Assembly: GCA_964016885.1 (NCBI GenBank)
Contig: OZ024753.1
Location: 45,880,001 to 45,944,000, forward strand
DNA from: Eledone cirrhosa
Taxonomy: Eukaryota
Length of the DNA stretch: 64,000 nucleotides
Direction of reading: 5' to 3'
Part shown: in pieces, positions 59,498 to 64,000 of the stretch
Numbering within the stretch: the first letter of the stretch is position 1
Layout of the letters: each line of letters starts with the position of its first letter
The notes under the pieces: model-generated
Seen by the model: the letters and a program-made list of their open reading frames with translations, nothing else
Told to the model about the DNA's origin: nothing
The model's database searches: none
Made by a program: the position numbers and the translations under genes

Positions 59498-60747
59498 TTT
59501 TCCATGTTTCCAATTTATATGTCAAAAGCTCGTTGAAAGCTTGATGAGATATTTTTGTCATAGTTGATTAATTTTTGTATTCGTTGTCGCTGTGTTAGAA
59601 TCTCGTGATGTAAATACTTTCAGTGGAATCTGTAAAATTTAGATTGTATGTATATAAACACTTTAGATCATAATCAGGATTCATTCCATTACCTTTTACT
59701 AAGCTAATTTTTATTATATTTTGTAGATAAATATCATGATTCTAGTCCTTTTATTCTTTGTAATATTTTACTAGTTCAGTCGTTGCAGTGTGGACTATTT
59801 GCTCTTTCTCTCTCTCACCTTATATATATATATATGTTAAAACAAAAAACAAAACCAATAACGAAGTGTGCAGTACAAAGTGTTAGTATTAAGTTCCCGC
59901 TTGAGAGTGGGGGTGGGGGACGAAGTCTCGGGCATAAGCCCTTAATCAGGAGAAAAGTGGGAAGGAAAAGAGTTCCGAGGGTGTGAGGGGGAGTGATGGA
60001 AATACATTAAAAAGAGGGGAAGAGATTTAAGCGGAAGGAAAACAAATTAAAAAGAGGGTAAAATATTAAAATGAAAAAAGTGGAGAGAGAGAGAGAGACC
60101 CCTGATTAAACCAGATATCTTTTAACGCGTTCAGCCCTTTATCTTTGTCAACAAATGTTCAAATTACGGCGCAACTTCGTTTTGTTAATTATTTTAGCTA
60201 CTATTTCTAGTAGGTTGTGTAACAACCTTCCTTCAAAACCTATTCAGTTATTGAATAGCAGAGACAAAAGCTACTGAGAATAAAATTTCAAACTTCATTT
60301 ATACATTTTAAATAATTTTAATGTCTGAAATAATTAAAGTGCCAGAAAAATATTATTGATCAAAGCCAAATAATTGTTTGAAAATTAATTACATCAAAGA
60401 CAAAATATGCAGATTGCATACATTAAAAACATTTTTGTTGCTTTCATTTCTCTCTGTATCTATTTATCTCGCTAACAAAATAAAGCCAACAAAACAAAGG
60501 CAGTGCAGACAGCAACACACACATACACACACACACATATATATATATACACGTGTGTGTGTGTGTGTGTGGACACACAAACACACAGACACACAAGTAC
60601 ATATATATATATATATAGTGTATATATATATTTATATATAATGTGTATGTGTGTGTGTGCGCGTGTCATTACAAATGCCGTATCTACTTTCATATGCCAG
60701 GCAAAAATCATGTTATATATGATCAAATGTAAAAAAAAAACGGAAAA

Positions 60748-60896
60748 CGGAATTGGCGGAACGTCGGATAGAATGCTTTGCGGCATTCGTTTGAGTTCTC
60801 TGCTCTTTGAGTTCAAACCTCACCAAGGTCAACTCTGCATTCTATCATTTTGATGTCGATAAAAAAAAAAGTACCAGTCTAATACTGAAGTCGACT
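60748..60896 (+). mobile_element. SINE (OR2-type), plus strand
   Basis: gaattggcggaa head, tgagttcaaacc B box, ggtcaact.tgc.tt..atc.ttt.g..gtcgataaaa..aagtaccagt core. Confidence 0.75.
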
Positions 60897-62583
60897 CTTC
60901 TTCTTATATATCTTTTTAACTTTATTTCTCTCACTATTTGCCCTTCTCTTAAAGAAACCTGATGTGTTCAGACCCAGAGAAGAGATGCTTTGAAATCCGG
61001 AGAAAAATATCTACGAACTATGAAGTTTAAAATAAAAAATGTAGAATTAATACATTTCAAGACTCAGATTCTCCTGAGAGGGCGATAACTTTTAACTAGT
61101 ACCACAGTATATAATTTCACTATTTGGAGACCGGTTGACTTGTAATCGTTGCAATTTAAGCAAATAAAACCACGCTTGAATGAAGCTATGCAAAAATTAA
61201 TGGAAGTAAACCATCTCTTGAATTTTTTTCCTCTGGGATTCGAGAGAGCTGTGGAGGTATAGTTTAGGTATAACAAATGATATTAGTAATAGTTTTATAT
61301 TCTGATTGCATCGTACACACAGGATCGTTTCGAAAAGTATATATACTAATTAACTGAAACACAACTACAGAAATAAATATTGCGTAGAAGACTACAACCG
61401 AGTTAACTGCAGTCCTTTGCAATCCTAAAAGAATGCAGTGTTGAAATACTTAGGAGAATTATCATTAATTAAAGATAAACTAATCGAAAAATATTGCCTG
61501 GTAATTCATTCAGAGATTTATAAACAATCCCCATGATACTTTCGCCAACAGCTTTAATACGAAGATATCTTAATAAGAACGAACCATAATACCATCTCAT
61601 AAGACATGTCTATATTCATTTTCCTCTGATAAGAAAACTATGAATATCACACCACACCATTCTAGTGTTCTCTGTTCAAATGAAATGTCGATTATTCTGA
61701 TCAAATAGATACTTGTGTATATTCTCTTATAGTTGAGAGGAAATATTGCAAGAAAGAAATATCTTAATAAATACATTGTCTTCAATGTAATCATGGTGAG
61801 TAATGTAGACGAATGAAGCCGGGATAATGTAATAAAATAAATTAATTAAAATATCCTTTGAAGAACACCGGAGAAATTTCCGTTCTCCTTTGTCTCAGAT
61901 TATTATCCAGTCATTGTTTTCTGTATTGCTGTTATAGTATTTTTCCAATATCTAGCACTTCGCAATATACATATTATGTATATATACATACATATAAATA
62001 CATACATACATACACAGATACATACATATATACATACATACCTCTTTCTCTTTTCTTACTATGTTAAGCGGGAGTCTTACATCATCTTTATTGTAAGTCA
62101 TCGTTGTGTTTTTTCCGTTTACATTTCTCATACATGTATGTGTATGTATATATTCGAAATGTGTATATGCGATACTATGAATTTATCTCATACTTTAGGT
62201 GTTATCTTTGTGGTGACTTGAATATATAGAAATCACACATAATAGTCCTACCTTCAAAGGTCAGTGGTCCGCTTTAGGGAAACATTACACAAATAAATAT
62301 TATGAATCCATAGAAGGGCAAACAATGAGACATAACTGAAATCAAGAAGGTTTCTGACTAAAGTAAATATAACAGTTGAAGATATGTAACCTATAATGGA
62401 ATATAACTGGAATACCACTCAGTGGAGTTCTTTTATATTCTGAAAATGATTTCCCTCAAAAGCATTCACACAAATACACCTCGATACACGCAAAAGTGCG
62501 CGCGCACACACAGACACACACACAATATATATATATATATATACGAAAAATAAACGAAAAATTAACAGGCCATGGAGTACAAT

Positions 62584-62924
<341 letters not shown>

Positions 62925-64000
62925 TAGTAGGCTTTTAAAATCTGGATGTGAAGCACTTCATATTTGAGGAGATTGCATTCAATTTGCTATAATCAATCTA
63001 CGTTATATAATCCAGATAAAACTCCATACTTTTATGTACACCAAATCCTATGAAGTTGTGGAAGTTATCTGTCGCCCCAATATTTAAAATTTACCGAATC
63101 ACTTTATATACGACTCATATATATTTATTATTTCATGCATTGGATACACTATTTCGCATAACATAATTTAATTCATATATCCTGAACACTCGGGTATAAC
63201 TATGTCCTATGAAATAATGTAAATTATATGCGATTGTCTGTACATGTTTCACGGTTATTAGGGTGCTAGTATCTATTTGTGTTTCATAAACTGTCACACA
63301 TGGCATTATCTCTTTTTGTGGACAGAAGGATAGAGCTACTAATGAACAGTTAATCAGACGTGACATCTTATAGGCAACATTTCGTGGTTTCTATGTTCAA
63401 AATAATTGCTTCACGTTTGTTAAAATTTCCATAGCCACTCTTAAAAACTGAAGTTTTACCTACTTTAAATTTTAAACTTGTTACAATTTCTCTAATAACA
63501 CTGTTTTATGCATGAATATATGTACATACATACTTGCAACCACACGCATACAAACAGACACGCATACATACTCATACGTATATAAATGTGTGTGTGTGTG
63601 TGTGTGTGTGTGCGCCTGTGTGTGTGTATGTGTGCGCTCGTGCACGTGCGTCTGTGTGTGAACACACATACATTACGTTTCTGTTAGTTTAGAATATATT
63701 TTTTTATTCCTCATAAACGAAAATACTAGATCAAACAGTGGCATTACAACATTTATAAACCAATTAAAATTTAATTCAAACAAAAAATAATAATTATAAA
63801 TTAAATAATGAATATGATAATATATACATAACATAGAAAATGTCGTTTGTGAAATTTAAATCTCTTATAAGACATAAATAACGCATTGTTGCTTGACAAA
63901 GAAATAACGTTCATAGTTGAGACGTTTATCGAATGTCTTAGAATTTCTTCAACTTTCTTTAATTTATTTTACATTTAAATCAATTAATTTTTTCAGAACA

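Overview
AT-rich, microsatellite-saturated eukaryotic non-coding DNA (intronic or intergenic). I recognise the recurrent tRNA-derived SINE as the Octopus OR2-type family, so the source is most likely a coleoid cephalopod (Octopus sp.). No intact host gene is supportable, and nearly all listed ORFs are translations of (TA)n/(CA)n/(GA)n repeats. Recognisable content: about 9 SINE copies, two Tx1-clade LINE fragments (a zf-RVT 3' end in a (GATA)n tract and an APE-domain remnant), four RTE-clade fragments, two small Tc1/mariner-type MITEs and large TA-derived minisatellite arrays. The main signal is a set of at least five mutually unrelated, non-coding fold-back elements. All sit in (TA)n tracts and carry complete or half minimal type I hammerhead ribozyme motifs, as in Penelope-like element pLTRs and retrozymes. 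They include a 468-nt hammerhead unit in tandem-plus-inverted arrangement (55875-57392), a perfect 181-bp palindrome with a complete hammerhead on each strand (42780-43148), and families whose hairpin apex falls at ribozyme stem II so that the CUGANGA box is lost. All structures were read by eye; none was computed or searched.
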